From: Chiloscyllium plagiosum | Lineage: Eukaryota | Reading direction: 5' to 3' | Assembly (NCBI RefSeq): GCF_004010195.1 | Contig: NC_057718.1 | Location: 98,717,794 to 98,781,793, forward strand | Length of the DNA stretch: 64,000 nucleotides | In this document: one piece after another, positions 13,001 to 26,441 of the stretch | How the letters are laid out: the number at the start of each line of letters is the position of its first letter | Numbering within the stretch: position 1 is the first letter of the stretch | Translations under genes and position numbers: made by a program | The notes under the pieces: model-generated | Seen by the model: the letters and a program-made list of their open reading frames with translations, nothing else | What the model was told of the DNA's origin: nothing | Databases searched by the model: none

Positions 13001-13243
13001 TTTTGGGTGTTGTGTATTTTTGTGCCAGCTGCCCATAGGTATTTCTGTGACAGAGTACTGGGGACAATATAGATGCACAATGAGTACTTTACCTCAACAT
13101 CCATCACTTTATTGTGTCTGTTCTGCTAGCTTCAAACAAAACACAATTTCAAACTTCTGACATTGGCGTAAAAAGGCACAAATCACACTTTACTTGATTA
13201 GCATGATTTGACAAACACTGATTATTATAATGCAATAAGAATA

Positions 13244-13800
13244 TAAGACCATAAGATATAGGAGCAAAATTAGATCATTTGGTCCATCAAGTCTGCTCTG
13301 CCATTTCACCATGGCTGATGTGTTCTTAACCCCATTCTCCTAACCTGTCCCCATAACCTTCCATTCATTTACCAATTAAGACCCTATCTGTATTTGTCTT
13401 AAATGCTTTCAATAACTGGGTCTCAATAGTCTTCTGCTACAATAGTTCCATAGATCCACCACCTTCTAGTTGAACAAACTCCTCCTCATCTTAATTCTAC
13501 GGAGTTCTTTCACTCTGAGGCTGTGCCCTTAGGTCCTAGTACCTCCTGCTAGTGGAAGTATCTTCTCCATGTCCATGTCTCTAATCAGGCCTCTCTGTAT
13601 TCTCTAAGTTCCAATGAGGTCTTCTCCCATCCTTCTAAACTCCATCGAGTACAGACACAGAGTCCGTCCTCAACCACGTCTCATACGACAAGTCTTTCAT
13701 CCCCAGACCCATTCTTGCAAACCGCCTCTGGACCCCCTCCAATGCCAGCACATCCTTCCATAGATACGGGGCCTAAAACTGCTCACAATATTCCAAATGC
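13244..13800 (-). mobile_element. CR1 LINE 3' fragment
   Basis: ATAAGACCATAAGA tail and CR1 3'-end similarity to other copies in the window. Confidence 0.8.
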
Positions 13801-15014
13801 AAAGCTTTTTGAGATCTTTGCTTTGCTCTGCTCTGTGACAGTGCTGTTTTGACACCCACCCACCAACCTCCACCAAATCTTTCAGTATGTTATTTATTGT
13901 TGTGTTTTATACAATTATGATCTGATGTAAACATTGAATTAACAAGCTGTAATCTGCAAGAAAATTCTTTATCAGGCAATATATTGATGCACCTCGGCAA
14001 TCACGGGTATGGGGAAGCAGCTATAATTAGTCATGTACACATGTCACAATGTGTCTGAACACTTCCTTTCACCTCTGCAATCTGTTTTTCAGTGTCGGTC
14101 AAATTGAAAGGAGGAAATACACCACCGACCAGCTATAAATCTTCACAATTGAAAGGCATTTGCACTGTTGTTATTGAACACAGTGCATATCTTCCTATAA
14201 TTCAGCATGAGGTTGGCAGTTTCATTCAGAAAGGCCATAAGAATAGCTGCACTGAAAATGAAAGATGTCCCACTGATGGAAGACCTTGCTGTTTGGGTCT
14301 GGTATTGTTGGTGAAACATAGTTGTAACTGATGCATGTTCCACCTGACTGGAATGTTTGATATTGACCCATGGTTGACAGAATTATTCCTTTGCTCTCCA
14401 GAAGCAACTCCTAATTGCAAATTATTTTTGAATGGGACAATGTCAGGATTATAAAGCACTAAGGAAGTGGCTTTGAAAAAATTACATTCCTTACTGGAAC
14501 ACTGTAACTCGAGTTGGTCTTCCAAGAGTCTTTCACTTCTGTTCTATTTTGTAGAATACTGCAGCACAGAAGAAATCCAGTTAGTCCATCAGGTCCATGC
14601 TATCACTCTCCAAGATCAATTCAGTTGTTGCCGTTCCCCGATCCTTGAACTATTTTCTGCTTTAAATATTTATCCAATTCTCATTTGAAGACTTCTTGTG
14701 GATCTGTATCTATCACCCTATTCCTTATCAGGCAGCACATTCCAAAACATTACCACTTGTTGGATAAAAACTATCTTCATGTTGCTTCCAGTCCTTTTCC
14801 CAACCACCTTAAATCTGCGCCCTTTGGATGTTGCATCATCATTAGTTGGAAATTATCTCTATCCAAACTGCTTATGAAGTTTAAACACCTCCATCATATG
14901 TCGTTTTAGCCTTGTCTACTCTAAGGAGAACAATCCTAACTTGTCCAGTCATCCAAGTAACTAATAATCCCTCATCTCTCAAACCAAGTGCAAGAAATCA
15001 AAATAGAAACCTAA

Positions 15015-15350
15015 CAAAAACGCATTAAATACAGTACCACAGATGCTGGAGATTCACTGTCACAGAAGGCTGTAAAGACCAGGTCATTGAGTATATAGAG
15101 ATAGATAGGTTCTTTATTGTCAAGGGCATAAATGGTTATGGGGAGAAAGCGGGAGAATGGGGTTGAGAAACTTATCATCCATGATTGAATGGTGGAACAG
15201 ACTTGATGGGCTGAATGGCCTAATTTCTGCTCCTATGTCTTATGGTCTTATGGAGATCGGAAATAAAGACAGAGAATGCTGGAGAAATTCTGCTTGTGTG
15301 TAGAGAGAAAGAGAGTTAATGCTTTGAGTCCAATATGAGTCTTCCTCAAA
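15015..15350 (-). mobile_element. Older PLE-derived terminal repeat, interrupted by a plus-strand CR1 tail (about 15056-15250)
   Basis: CAGATGCTGGAGAT|CR1|GGAGATCGGAAATAAAGACAGAGAATGCTGGAG; decayed hammerhead-like core near 15319-15348. Confidence 0.6.
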
Positions 15351-15444
15351 ATTATTTTAGCCTTTTGAGTGCATCAGCAGTAGCATAAATGAAATCACCA
15401 AATTAAAATTATTTGTTAAAAGTTGGTATTCACTTAATAGAAAT

Positions 15445-15447
<3 letters not shown>

Positions 15448-15477
<30 letters not shown>
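15448..15477. repeat. (AT)15 microsatellite
   Basis: Direct reading. Confidence 0.98.
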
Positions 15478-15479
<2 letters not shown>

Positions 15480-15859
15480 ATTAGGGTAGTCTTAATTTTT
15501 AAAAAAATCAGTCATATTTGACAATATAAAGAATTCTTTGAAATACCCTGTTTTGTTCATTATCATCATTATAGAAACAATTTCTCAAATGCATCACCCG
15601 AGAAGTTGTTTCATTCATCACCTTGTGCCTATGTATTGCTAATATTGGCATGTCTGTCGCATCTTTATTTTGAAAGCTCCTATGTACATGTTGTCTGTGG
15701 ATTGTTTCGCATTTATTAGCCTTTCCCTCTAGGAACCTAATCATATTTACAATATCGTAGCTTTCAAACAATACCATAATCTTCCCCATTGTCATCCCTG
15801 GGTGTGTTCTCTTCCATCGGTAGCACTGACCTATTGGAAGTAGTACCTGATTGGTATAT

Positions 15860-18800
15860 AGTGATGAGCAACTCTGGGAGTTCTCAACTTTATCTCGAGA
15901 ATCCTCAAACTTTCACAGCATCAGGACAAACATGGACAAAGAACTACCTGCTGTTTATCACCCTGCATTCTTCAGCTAATGAATCAGTGTTCCTGCCTGT
16001 TGAATATCACTTGGAAGAAATGCTGAGCATGACAGGAACACAGAAAGTGCTCTGAATAGTGGACGTCAATGTCCATCATTAAAACTAGCACTACAACTAA
16101 CAAAACTGGTTAGGTTCTGAAGGATATCTTCCAGACTAGACTTCAGCAGAAGGTTAGAGAACCATCATGAGGAAAAAGCTTGTTGGACCTCAACCATCAC
16201 CAATTTATTTATCACACATGCATCAGTCGACATCAGTATTGCTCGGAGCAAAAACTTCAACATCCTTGAGATGAGGTCCTATCTTTCCTGCATAGTGTTG
16301 TGTACAATCACCATACTAAATAGGATAGATTCAGAGCAGGTCTTGAAGCTCAAAGAGACATCTATGAGACGCTTTGAATCGTGAGCAGCAGCAGAATTAT
16401 ATTCAGCCACAATCTATATCTTCATGGTCCAATATTTTCCTCACTCTATAACTACAATCAATTGATGGTCACAATGTTAGCTTAACAGCAGTGTAAAGGA
16501 GCATACCAGGAGCAGCATTACAGACCTATATATATATACAGATAATGTGCAAATCTGGTGAAAGTATATGCATGCTAAAGACAAAGATCAGCAATCCAAT
16601 AACCAACATACCAGATCAATACTCTGCAGTTCTGCTACATTCAGTCATGAAAAGTGAAGGACAATTAATCAACAAACAAGAGGATGAGACTCCAGGATCA
16701 TCTCCATTCTCAGTGATGGGGCAGATCAGCACATCATTGTAAAAGGCAAGCCTGAAGTTTTTACAAAGATCTTCCACTAGAAGTGTCAAGGCAATAATCA
16801 TTCACAGCCTTGTCCTGATGTTCTTAGCATCATAATTGCCAGTCCTTGGTCAATTTGAGTTAGTCTGCATGATATCAAGAAACAACTGAGTACACTGAAT
16901 ACAGCAAAGACTATGACAATATGTTAGCTAAAGACTTGAACTCCCAAAGTTGGTTTTTGCCAAGTACCTCAAGTACAGTTACAATACTCCTGGACTCAAT
17001 ATCAAGTTCAAAAATTTGAGGGATTGAGCACCTTCTCCCATGTCCTTACCCAAGTCCCCACACATCAAGTTTTTCTTACCATATGGACTGCTACCACAAA
17101 CAATCCACTGTCAACTGCTGATGGTCCCCATTAGCAGCCACTCATTCTTCGAGGCTGACCCCTACCCATTCCTTTTTCCGCCCAGCTGTTTCTCTCTCTC
17201 TCTGGGCTCCATCTCCACCCATTGTTTAATCCTTTCCCCAAACCCCAACCCATTTTCAGCATTTATGTTAAGCCTGCTGAGTTTCTCCAACAATTTCTAT
17301 TTTGTTTCCAATTTACAGCATCTGCAGCTTTTGGGTTTTCTTTACACATATTGCTGTTTCCCTAACAACGAAGGTTGTTCGCAAAAAGTTAATTACATTT
17401 TTAGACTCAATTAAGGACAAAATGATTGAAATTGTCAATGACAGTGATATCAAGGGGTATTTTCCTTATCAATAACCGATTCACCAACGTTTGGTTTGGT
17501 TCCAACAAGACTACTTGACTCCTGACCTCAATGCAGATTGGTGTAATCATGAACTGAAAGCTGAGTTGAAGAGGTGAAGTGACAGTGACATCAAGGCATC
17601 ACTGAACTAAGTGCAAAACTAAAATTGGAGTCAATAGAATTTGATGAATACATTTTCCTGACTGTAGTCATTCCTAGCACAAACAAAAATGATTATAGCT
17701 GTTGGTGGTGAATTATCTCAGGCCATTACCACAGGAATTTCTCAGGATTGTGCCTAAAGCCCATCTTCAGCGGCTTCATCAATGGCCTTCCCTCCATTAT
17801 GAACTCAGAAATGGGGATGTTTGCTGATAATTGTACAATATTCAGTAGTCTTCACAATTCCTCAGATACTGAAGTAGTCGGACTCACTATGCAGCAAAAC
17901 CTGGACAACATTCAGGTATGTGTTGAGAAGTGGCAAGTAAAATTTATACTAACAACAATTCAAGAAAGCAGCTCATCACCACCTTCTCAAGGTAAACTAG
18001 GAATCGATTATACATGCTAGCTTAGCCAGCAACACCCACACCCCATGAGTAAATGTAAAAAATACAAAATTCCAGGCATTTACCATCTATAAGAAGAAAA
18101 TTTCTAACTATCTAATTATCACGATTGAATCATCAACTATTGACGTCCTGGGAATCACTATTGACCAGAAACGTATTTGAACTGGTCATATAAATAGTGA
18201 GGGAGCTCTTGTGGCACAGTGGTAGTACCCCTATCTCTGAACCAGGATGCCACCTGTTTCAAGTTCTACCTATCAAGAGGTATGCCATTGCATCTCTGAA
18301 CAGGTTGATTAGAAAAGAAAATATAAACACTATGACTAAAACAGCAGGTCAGAGGCAACAAATTTGGAGAGAGTAACTCACCTCCTGTCCAGAGCCTATT
18401 CACCATCTACAAGGAACAAATCAGGAGTGTGTTGGAATACTCTTCATTGTCTAGACGAGTGCAACTGTAAAAACACCCAAGAAACTGACAACACTCAGAC
18501 AATGGTGCCTACTTTATCAATATCTCATCCTCCACCTTATACCATTGCTTCCTCAACCAACGGTGATGCACAGTGGCTACAGTATGAACCATTTACAAAA
18601 TTCTAATGAATGACTGTTGCAACTTGGGGACAGATTCAGGATTCAGAAACAGTCCTGGTTCCTGGTTCCTATCCCTAGTGAGACTAAAAAGCTTCCCATT
18701 AGCACTGGACAATCTATCAAAACATTACAAGTCTCAGAGCAAAAGGGTAGCATTCAACGATATGGGACAAGTGCAGGAAATTGGGATTAGCGGATCTTTA

Positions 18801-19110
18801 CCATCAAGCCTCCTTCAAAAGCACCTTCCAAACCAGTAGCCTCAACCACCTGGACAGCAGGTGCAGGCAAACTCCACCACCATCTGCATTTAACCTCATA
18901 AATCAAACACCATCCTGACTTGGAGCTATATCATCATTCCTTCATTATCATTGGGCCAAAACCCTAGAACTGCCTCCCAAACAGCACTTGTATATGTGCC
19001 TTCAGCATATGGACTGTAATGGTTCAATAAGGCAGCTTACCACTACCATCTTCTCAAGGAGGAATCACGGGAATGCAATTAAATGTTAGTCTTGCCAGCA
19101 ATGTCCAAGT
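15860..19110 (+). mobile_element. Old, fragmented CR1-group LINE with nested insertions
   Basis: Endonuclease-like DVNVH remnant near 16060; RT motif FINGLPS..GMFADNCT..LDNIQ..KWQV at 17748-17950. Confidence 0.7.
16987..17340 (+). mobile_element. Old PLE 3' end (GIY-YIG tail plus terminal repeat)
   Basis: TPGLNIKFKN translation, then CCTGCTGAGTTTCTCCAACAATTTC..CAGCATCTGCAG. Confidence 0.6.
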
Positions 19111-19446
19111 ACCGTAAGAGAAGTTTTAAACAAATGATTTGTTCACACCAACATACCATTTTGAGTGTCATAGATTCAAAGAATCATACAGCGCAGAAAA
19201 GGCTCTTTGGTCTATCAGGTCTGCAGCAACATAACTACCACTAAAGATCCGCTAATCCCAATTTCCTGCACTTGTCCCATATCGTTGAATGCTACCCTTT
19301 TACTCTGAGACTTGTAATATTTTGATAGATTGTCCAGTGTTAATGGGAAGCTTTTTAGTCTCACTAAGGATAGGAACCAGGAACCATGACTGTTTCTGAA
19401 TCCTGAATCTGTCCCCAAGTTGCAACAGTCACTCATTAGAATTTTG
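18597..19446. repeat. Inverted duplication of about 204 bp (18597-18800 vs 19243-19446)
   Basis: Direct reverse-complement match with a few substitutions; explains the twin ORFs 18606+ and 19436-. Confidence 0.95.
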
Positions 19447-19701
19447 ATGGGGGTGAGTCCTTAACTGATATGGAGACCGGGGTTCCCAGGAGCAGCAGTT
19501 TGTAATAAAGGATAAATTACTGAAAGGGTACTTCAACATGAAAGCATGCTTTCAGCAACTGTTAAAAGGTTTGATTAATAAAATAGAGAAAGCAGGCCTT
19601 GAGTGTGACGGATGGAGAAATGTTTTGATGAGAAGGGCGGGATGTGGAGATGACCTGAGATTATTCCTGCACTTAGGCAGCTAGGGATTGTGTATGGAAC
19701 T

Positions 19702-19991
19702 GTGGCATGGTGATTCAGTGCTTAACACAGCTGCCCATCAGTGCTAGGGACCTGAGTTCGATTCCGGCTCTGGGCAACTGTCCGTGTGGAGTTTGTACGT
19801 TCTGCTCATGTCTGTGCAGGTTTCCTCCAGGTGCTCTGATTTCCTCCCACACTCCAGGGATGTGCAGGTTAGATGAATTGGCTATGGGAAATGTGGGGTA
19901 ACAGGGATAGGATAGAACAAGTGCACCTCAGTGGGATACTCTTCAGTGGTTGGTGTGGGCTGAATGGCCTGCTTCCATACTAGGGATTCTA
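19702..19991 (+). mobile_element. HE1-like SINE (diverged)
   Basis: Head with GAGTTCGATTCC B box and shared body. Confidence 0.82.
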
Positions 19992-20569
19992 TTTTAACAT
20001 AAGCTGTAACATTGAGACAGTAGTGGGGGTCACTGGACCCAAAATGTTAATGCTGATTTATCTCCACAGATGCTGCCAGACCTGTTGAGCATTTCTATCA
20101 ATTTCTGTTTTTGTTTCTGCTGCTGGGTTCCCAGCTCTAGACAGTTCATTTGCCTTGTGTAGTGTCAAGATGCTGGAGACAGATTGGAAAATCCTAGTCA
20201 TCTCTTACTGGGCTGCCTGAACCTTTCACCCTTAAAATGGTCAGTGCTGGAAATAGTGCTGAAATTATCAGACCCTGACTGACTTCATTCCTGGCCTTGG
20301 GTGGGAACTCAAAATCTTGCCTTCTGTGTCACTGCAATATTGCAAAGAATGGCAGCCTATATGCAATTTCAGGCTCTGGCCATGAGGTGGTGCTTCAGTC
20401 AAGCATTAAATGAATTCAATGGAGCAAAAGTAAACTAAAGCAGTTGCTGGAAATCTGAAATAAAAATAGGGTGCGTTGGATGGACTCAAGAGTCCATGGA
20501 GAGAGATACAGACTTAACATCAGGCCAATGACGTTTCATCAGGACTGGCGGTAGTTAGAGAAAGTCGAC

Positions 20570-22050
20570 CTCACGTCTTGGAGTCATATTAATACAAAGG
20601 AAGATGGCTGCTATTGTTTGAGTTCAATCATTTCAGTCCCACGATATGGGGGTGCCAGTTATAGTCCAACCTGTTGTGTGAGTTTTAAATTTCAGTCTCA
20701 GGTATCACTGTGGGAGCTCCTCTGGACAATGTTCTAAACCCAAACATTTTCAAATGCTTCATCAATATGTCTTCCTTCTCCATAAGATCAGAAATGAGAG
20801 GCTCACTGATAATTGTGCAGTGTTCAACTCCATTTGTAATTCCTCCGATACTGGAGTAGCCTGTGGATGCATGGAGAAAGATTTATACAACATCCATGCA
20901 AGGGATAATATATAGTGAGTAATTTTACTGCTCTCAAAGTGCTAGACAATAACCATCTACAACTAGAGAGCACAACACTCACTTCTGATATTCAATGACA
21001 TTAACATTGCTGAATCCCTTATCATTAACATTCTGGGGGTGGGGGGGGGGGGAGTAAAATTAACCAGAAATCCAGCTGGTTTGGCATATATCTCTTGTGG
21101 TTGCAAGAGCAGTTGAGCATTGGGAATTGAGAGATGCTATTGATCTTCTGACTATTCAAATCCTGTCTACAGTCTATAAGGTGTAAGTCAGGACTGTGGT
21201 GGAGTACTCCTTAGTCACCTGGATGAGAGTGGCTCCAATAACATTCAGAAAGATCAATGTCACCCAGGATAATACAGTCAGCTTGATCAATATCCCATTC
21301 ACATTCAATCCCTCCACCACTATAGCAACAGTATGCACCATCTACCAGACTGCAGCAACTCACTGAGTCTCCTTCAACAGTACCTGCCTAACTGAGATTT
21401 CTACCACCTAGAAAGACAAGCAGAATCCTGAGATACCAGATTGCCCTCCAGGCTGGGGTTGTTTTCCCTGGAGCGTTGGAGGCTGAGGGGTGACCTTATA
21501 GAGGTTTACAAAATTATGAGGGGCATGGATAGGGTAAATAGACAAAGCTTTTTTCCCTGGGGTTTGGGAATCCAAAACGAGAGGGCATAGGTTTAGGGTG
21601 AGAGGGAAAAGATATAAAAGAGACCTACGGGGTAACTATTTCACACAGAGGGTGGTACGGGTATGGAATGAGCTGCCAGAGGAGGTGGTAGAGGCTGGTA
21701 TAATTACATTTAAGAGGCATTTGGATGGGTATATGACTAGGAAGGGTTTGAAGCGATATGGGCCGGGTGCTGGCAGGTAGGACTAGTTTGGGTTGGGATA
21801 TCTGGTCGGCATGGACTGGTTGGACTGAAGGGCCTGTTTCTGTGCTGTACATCTCTATGACTCTAAGACTTGGAAATATATTGCTGTTCTTTCACTTTTG
21901 CTGGGTCAAAATCCTGGAACTCCCTTCTTATAGGCACTATACCTTTACCACGTGGACTGTAGCAATTCAAGAAGGTGGCTCACCACTACCTTCTCAAGGG
22001 CAAAAAGGAGTAGGCAGTAAATGCTGTCCTAGCCAACATCATTCACAATA
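20570..22050 (+). mobile_element. Old CR1-group fragment with a younger CR1 3' end inserted at about 21452-21865
   Basis: LRGNYFTQRVVRVWNELP translation and CTCTATGACTCT tail; old LINE similarity on both sides. Confidence 0.75.
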
Positions 22051-22216
22051 ATGAATATTTTATAAAATAGATCTAGTTGTGTGTAAGCCAGGCATGGGGA
22101 ATAGTTTTATGGCAGATATCTTTCTGCAGTAAGATTTCTGGTAACCTAACATATGTAATGATGTACTTGCAACCAGACCAGCACAGTTGTACATATTGTT
22201 TACTTGGACTTTGGTA

Positions 22217-22815
22217 AAGACCATAAGACATAGGAGCAGAAATTAGGTTATTCGGTCCATCAAGTCTGCTCTGCCATTCAATCAACCCCATTCTCTTGCT
22301 TTCTCCCCTTGATCCCCTTGACAATCAAGAACCTATCTATCTCAGTCTTAAATATACTGAAAGATCAGACTTCCACAGCCTTCTGTGGCAGTGGATTCCA
22401 TAGCATCACCACTCTCTGGCTGAAGACGTTTCTCTTTATCTTCTTCTAAAAGGTCTTCCCTTTACTCTATGGCTATGCCCTTGGGTCCTAGTCTTTCCTA
22501 CCAATTGAAACATCTTCCCAACATCCACTCTGTCCAGGCCATTCAGTATTCTGTAAGTTTCAATTAGATTCCCCCTCATCCTTCTAAGTTACATTGAGTA
22601 TAGACCCAGGGTCCTCGAACATTTCTCATACGTTAAACTATTCATTCCTGGGACCATTCTCATGAACCTCCTCTGAACCCGCTCCAGGGTCAATACAGCC
22701 TTCCTGAGATATGGGGCCCAAATGTGCACATAATACTCCAAATATGGTCTGACCAGAGCCTTATAGAGCCTCAGAAGTACATCCCTACTCTCATATTCAA
22801 GCCCTCTCAAAATAA
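22217..22815 (-). mobile_element. CR1 LINE 3' fragment
   Basis: LLRLYKALVRPYLEY..WAPYLRK..LERVQRRF. Confidence 0.88.
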
Positions 22816-23840
22816 ATACCATTCTTTTTCAGACTGGAGGCCTGTGATCAGTGGTGTTCAACAGGTATCAATGGTGGGTCCACTTTTGTTTCTCATTTAT
22901 ATAAATGATTTCAATGACAATATACAAAGCATGGTCAGTAAGTTTGCAGATGACACCAAGATTGATGATATATTCGGTAGTGAAGAAGGTTATCTAACAT
23001 TACAAAGAGATCTCAATCAATTGGATCAATGGGCTGAGAAGTGGCAGATGGAGTTTAATTTGGATAAATGTGAGGTATTGCAGTTTGGTAAAACAAATAA
23101 GGACAGGATTTATACAATTAAAAGTAACACCTTGGGTAGTGTTGTCGAACAGAGGGACCTAGTGGTTCAGGTGCATAATTCTTGAAGTTTGCACCACATA
23201 TAGATAGGATGCTTAAGAAGGCCTTTAGCATGCTTGCCTTCATTGCTCAGACCTTGGAGTATAGGAATTGGGATGCTATGTTGAGGTTTTAAAGGACATT
23301 GGTGAGGCCTCTTCTGGACCATTGTGTCCAGTTCTGGTCTCCCTGTTATAGGAAGGTTATTATTATGCTGGACAGGGTCAGAAAAGATTTACCAGAATGT
23401 TGCTGGGAATAGAGAGGTTGAGTTATAAGGAGAAGCTGAATAGATTGGGATGTTTTTCACTGAACCACAGGAGGTAGAGGGTGATCTTAAGAGGCACTTA
23501 AAATGATGAGGGGTATAGAGATGAATGGCAGGTATCTTTTATCTAGGGTGGGGGATCTCAAAACTGGGGGCATATTTTTAAGTTCAGAGGAGGAAGATTT
23601 TAAAAAGACATAAGGGGCAATTTTTAATTACACAGTGTAGAATTCTCTTCCAGAGGAAGTGGTTGATGTGATACAGTTACAACATTTAAAAGACATTTAG
23701 ATAAGTTCATGAATAGAAAAGGTTTGGAGGAATATGGACCAAGCGCAGGCAGGTGGGACTAGCTTGGTTTGGGATTATGGTCAGCATGGACTGGTTGGAC
23801 CAAGCAGCCTGTTTCCATGTTGTATGACTCTATAACTTCT
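22816..23840 (+). mobile_element. CR1 LINE RT-to-3'-end fragment
   Basis: SDWRPVISGVQQ..GPLLFLIYIND..KFADDTK..WAEKWQMEFN. Confidence 0.92.
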
Positions 23841-23926
23841 ATTCCAGCAGGTCTGTACATCTAAACAAATCTTTCTCGAATATTTTCTGATAGATTTTTC
23901 TTTTATTCGAGTGAACATTTTATATG

Positions 23927-24052
23927 GGGAGAAAGTGAGGTCTGCAGATGCTGGAGATCAGAGCTGAAAATGTGTTGCTGGAAAAGCGCAGCAGGTCAGG
24001 CAGCATCCAGGGAACAGGAGAATCGACGTTTCGGGCATAAGCCCTTCTTCAG
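23927..24052 (-). mobile_element. 126-bp hammerhead-headed PLE-derived element with a perfect 14-bp TSD
   Basis: GAACATTTTATATG at 23913-23926 and 24053-24066. Confidence 0.92.
24025..24052 (-). ncRNA. Minimal hammerhead ribozyme motif, intact core
   Basis: CUGAAGA-A-GGGC-UUAU-GCCC-GAAA-CG-UC. Confidence 0.8.
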
Positions 24053-26441
24053 GAACATTTTATATGCCAGTTTCCAAATGTAATCTCCTTATCAGATGAA
24101 TGAACAAAATCAATTTTGAAAGTCAAGGTGGTTGTCTCAACTGAGTTGTGGGATCAGAGCAGTATAGAAGTGAAATCGTGTCACAATGTCAAGATTTAAG
24201 TAAAAAGTTACAAGGAAGATAGCATTTAAGTAAATGTTTAAACAAAATATCAAAAGGGAGAATGAGAGGGAGGAACAATAAGGTGAACAGGAGGAAGGCA
24301 GTAATTTAAAACAATTTATATATTTTAAATTTTAATTTTATAAAGTTTATCTTTAGGAAGCCAGTGAGCTGATTATAACTGCAGTTTTTGAATAGTTAGA
24401 GCTCTCTTTGTGGCACTGAGTATATTAAAAATATACAACGATAAGGTTTCTGCTTACTGTGTTTGTATTGCAAAATATACTTTATTCATAATAAACCTTT
24501 GAGTAAATACACAGATACTAAATCAATTTTGTGCAGTCTTTACATATCAAGAAAAAACAAACAAGGGAATATGACATTCACTGCAATAGCAAAAAAAGGG
24601 GCATTTCTTATTTATGCAGGACACTATTTACATACATAGAGGCAATGGAAAGGTCTGACAACTGAATGGATCTCCATTATACTTTGGCAGAAAGACGTTA
24701 GGACGCTGCTTACTGTGTTACTGTATGACTCTGTCATTGTGTGTGAGCTGAAAGCTTTCAAAATGATGGTCTCGGAACCTGGAGTGGATTAAACGCGTCT
24801 GTCCATTATGCATGATGAATCTTTGCCTCGGTACTCACATCGTTATGAATGATCATTGCCAAACCGTTTGTTCTGATGTCCCCTATTGAAACAATACATT
24901 TGGTACCGTGTAATCCTAATGAATGGACAAACATAGAGCCGCTGGTGAGATCTGGGATTTCCACAGAAGCCTCTCCCCAGTGGGGTTAGGATCTTCAAGG
25001 GTTAGAGGGCAGTGGACAGAGCCGTGATGTGATCTACAGAAGCTAAAGGCAGGGTTGTTGACTGCAATTTGAAATAAAATATTGACAATGCTTATGGGAA
25101 AACTGTCGGTCCGTTTTATAGCGTGTTTTCTCTCCCAAAAATGGAGAACTGCGTCATTTCCTGAGAATGTTTGCATTCAGCTGCCTCAGAGAGGACTCCC
25201 TGCAGACCAAGACATATCTTAATCGGTGAATTGTCAACAAACCTCAAACTTTGCGTGAGGTCCGAGTTAACTTCCCGGAGGCGGTCGATTCCTCACATAG
25301 TGGGGTTTGTTGTTGAAAAAAAGATGTTCAATGTAACAGGAGAGCCAATAATAAACGCCTGGTTTACTCTAGAGTTTGGATTACCTCACAATCCCTTCAA
25401 ATCTGAAAAGGTGACTGAAGATTTACAATTAACCAGGGCAAATATCTCAACCATTTCCCCACCCTGGCTTCAAAATAGAGTTGCATTTAGCAGTGCAGAA
25501 GAACAGATTACTGGTACAATTTGGCGAGTTCAGTTCATTTCAGAACAGATGGTTTTGTTGACGGTTTACAGAATGGAAATACCTGCGTATGCTGGAAATC
25601 TGACCAAAAAAAAGCTGTCAGTGTACAACAGGTCAGGCAGCGTCTGTAGAGTGGAACAACGCTTTATCCCTGTGAAAGAGACATGAACTTGAAAAATTAA
25701 TTCGCTTTCTCTCCCCACCTCGCCTGCTGAACGTTTCCAGCGTTTTCTTTTTCTGTCATTAATTCTGTGTTGGTACTTGGAGCGTTGCCCAGTGCCCACA
25801 TACTGAGCCCTCCAGTTTTCAGTTAGGATTGCAAGTCATATCCCACAACAGTATTACAGTTACATTTCTTACTCATCATTGTACGCTGGAAACCACACCA
25901 GAGCAAAGTTAACGGTTTTTGTGAGACAAAGAATTAAAGCAAGGTTCCTTAGTGTAGAGAACAATCAACAAACAATTTATCGTAAATTCTGGACACGTTA
26001 GATGCATGAATATAATTGATGCATATAAGGTCCGAGTGCTTCTTTTAAGGTAAGTGGCGTTCGGGGTACAATATTTCTACTCAGCCCTTTCCAACTGCGA
26101 AATTCTTTAGGCACATTCCTATGAAACGAGTTGTTAGGACCTTCAAAGTGTTATAAAGTCCTGAGTTCATCAAATAAACTGTATTTAGATCGTCACACAC
26201 GGGGAGAGAAAGGAAAACAGGATCTGCAGGAAATATTTAAAAGCTAGGATATTTTTAACTATTAGTTTTAGTTCTTTCACTATCAGTCCTTGATCAAAGC
26301 TGGAGAAGTTGTTGAGCCTCCTTTGTCGAACTGCTGTGATTTCTCCAGAGAAAGTGCTCCTAGAGGCGACAGGGCTGATACTGTCGTGACAGCACAGACA
26401 CTGGAATAATGATGCTGAGGGGAAGGCAGAAATCCTGAGAG

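Noticed and set aside
22217..23840. Opposite-strand CR1 pieces as one twin-primed insertion
   Set aside because: Both pieces include 3' ends with different tails and overlapping parts of ORF2, so they are independent insertions.
25171..25686. 171-aa ORF upstream of the promoter
   Set aside because: It has a non-ATG start and no recognisable domain, and its 3' part runs into a decayed PLE repeat.
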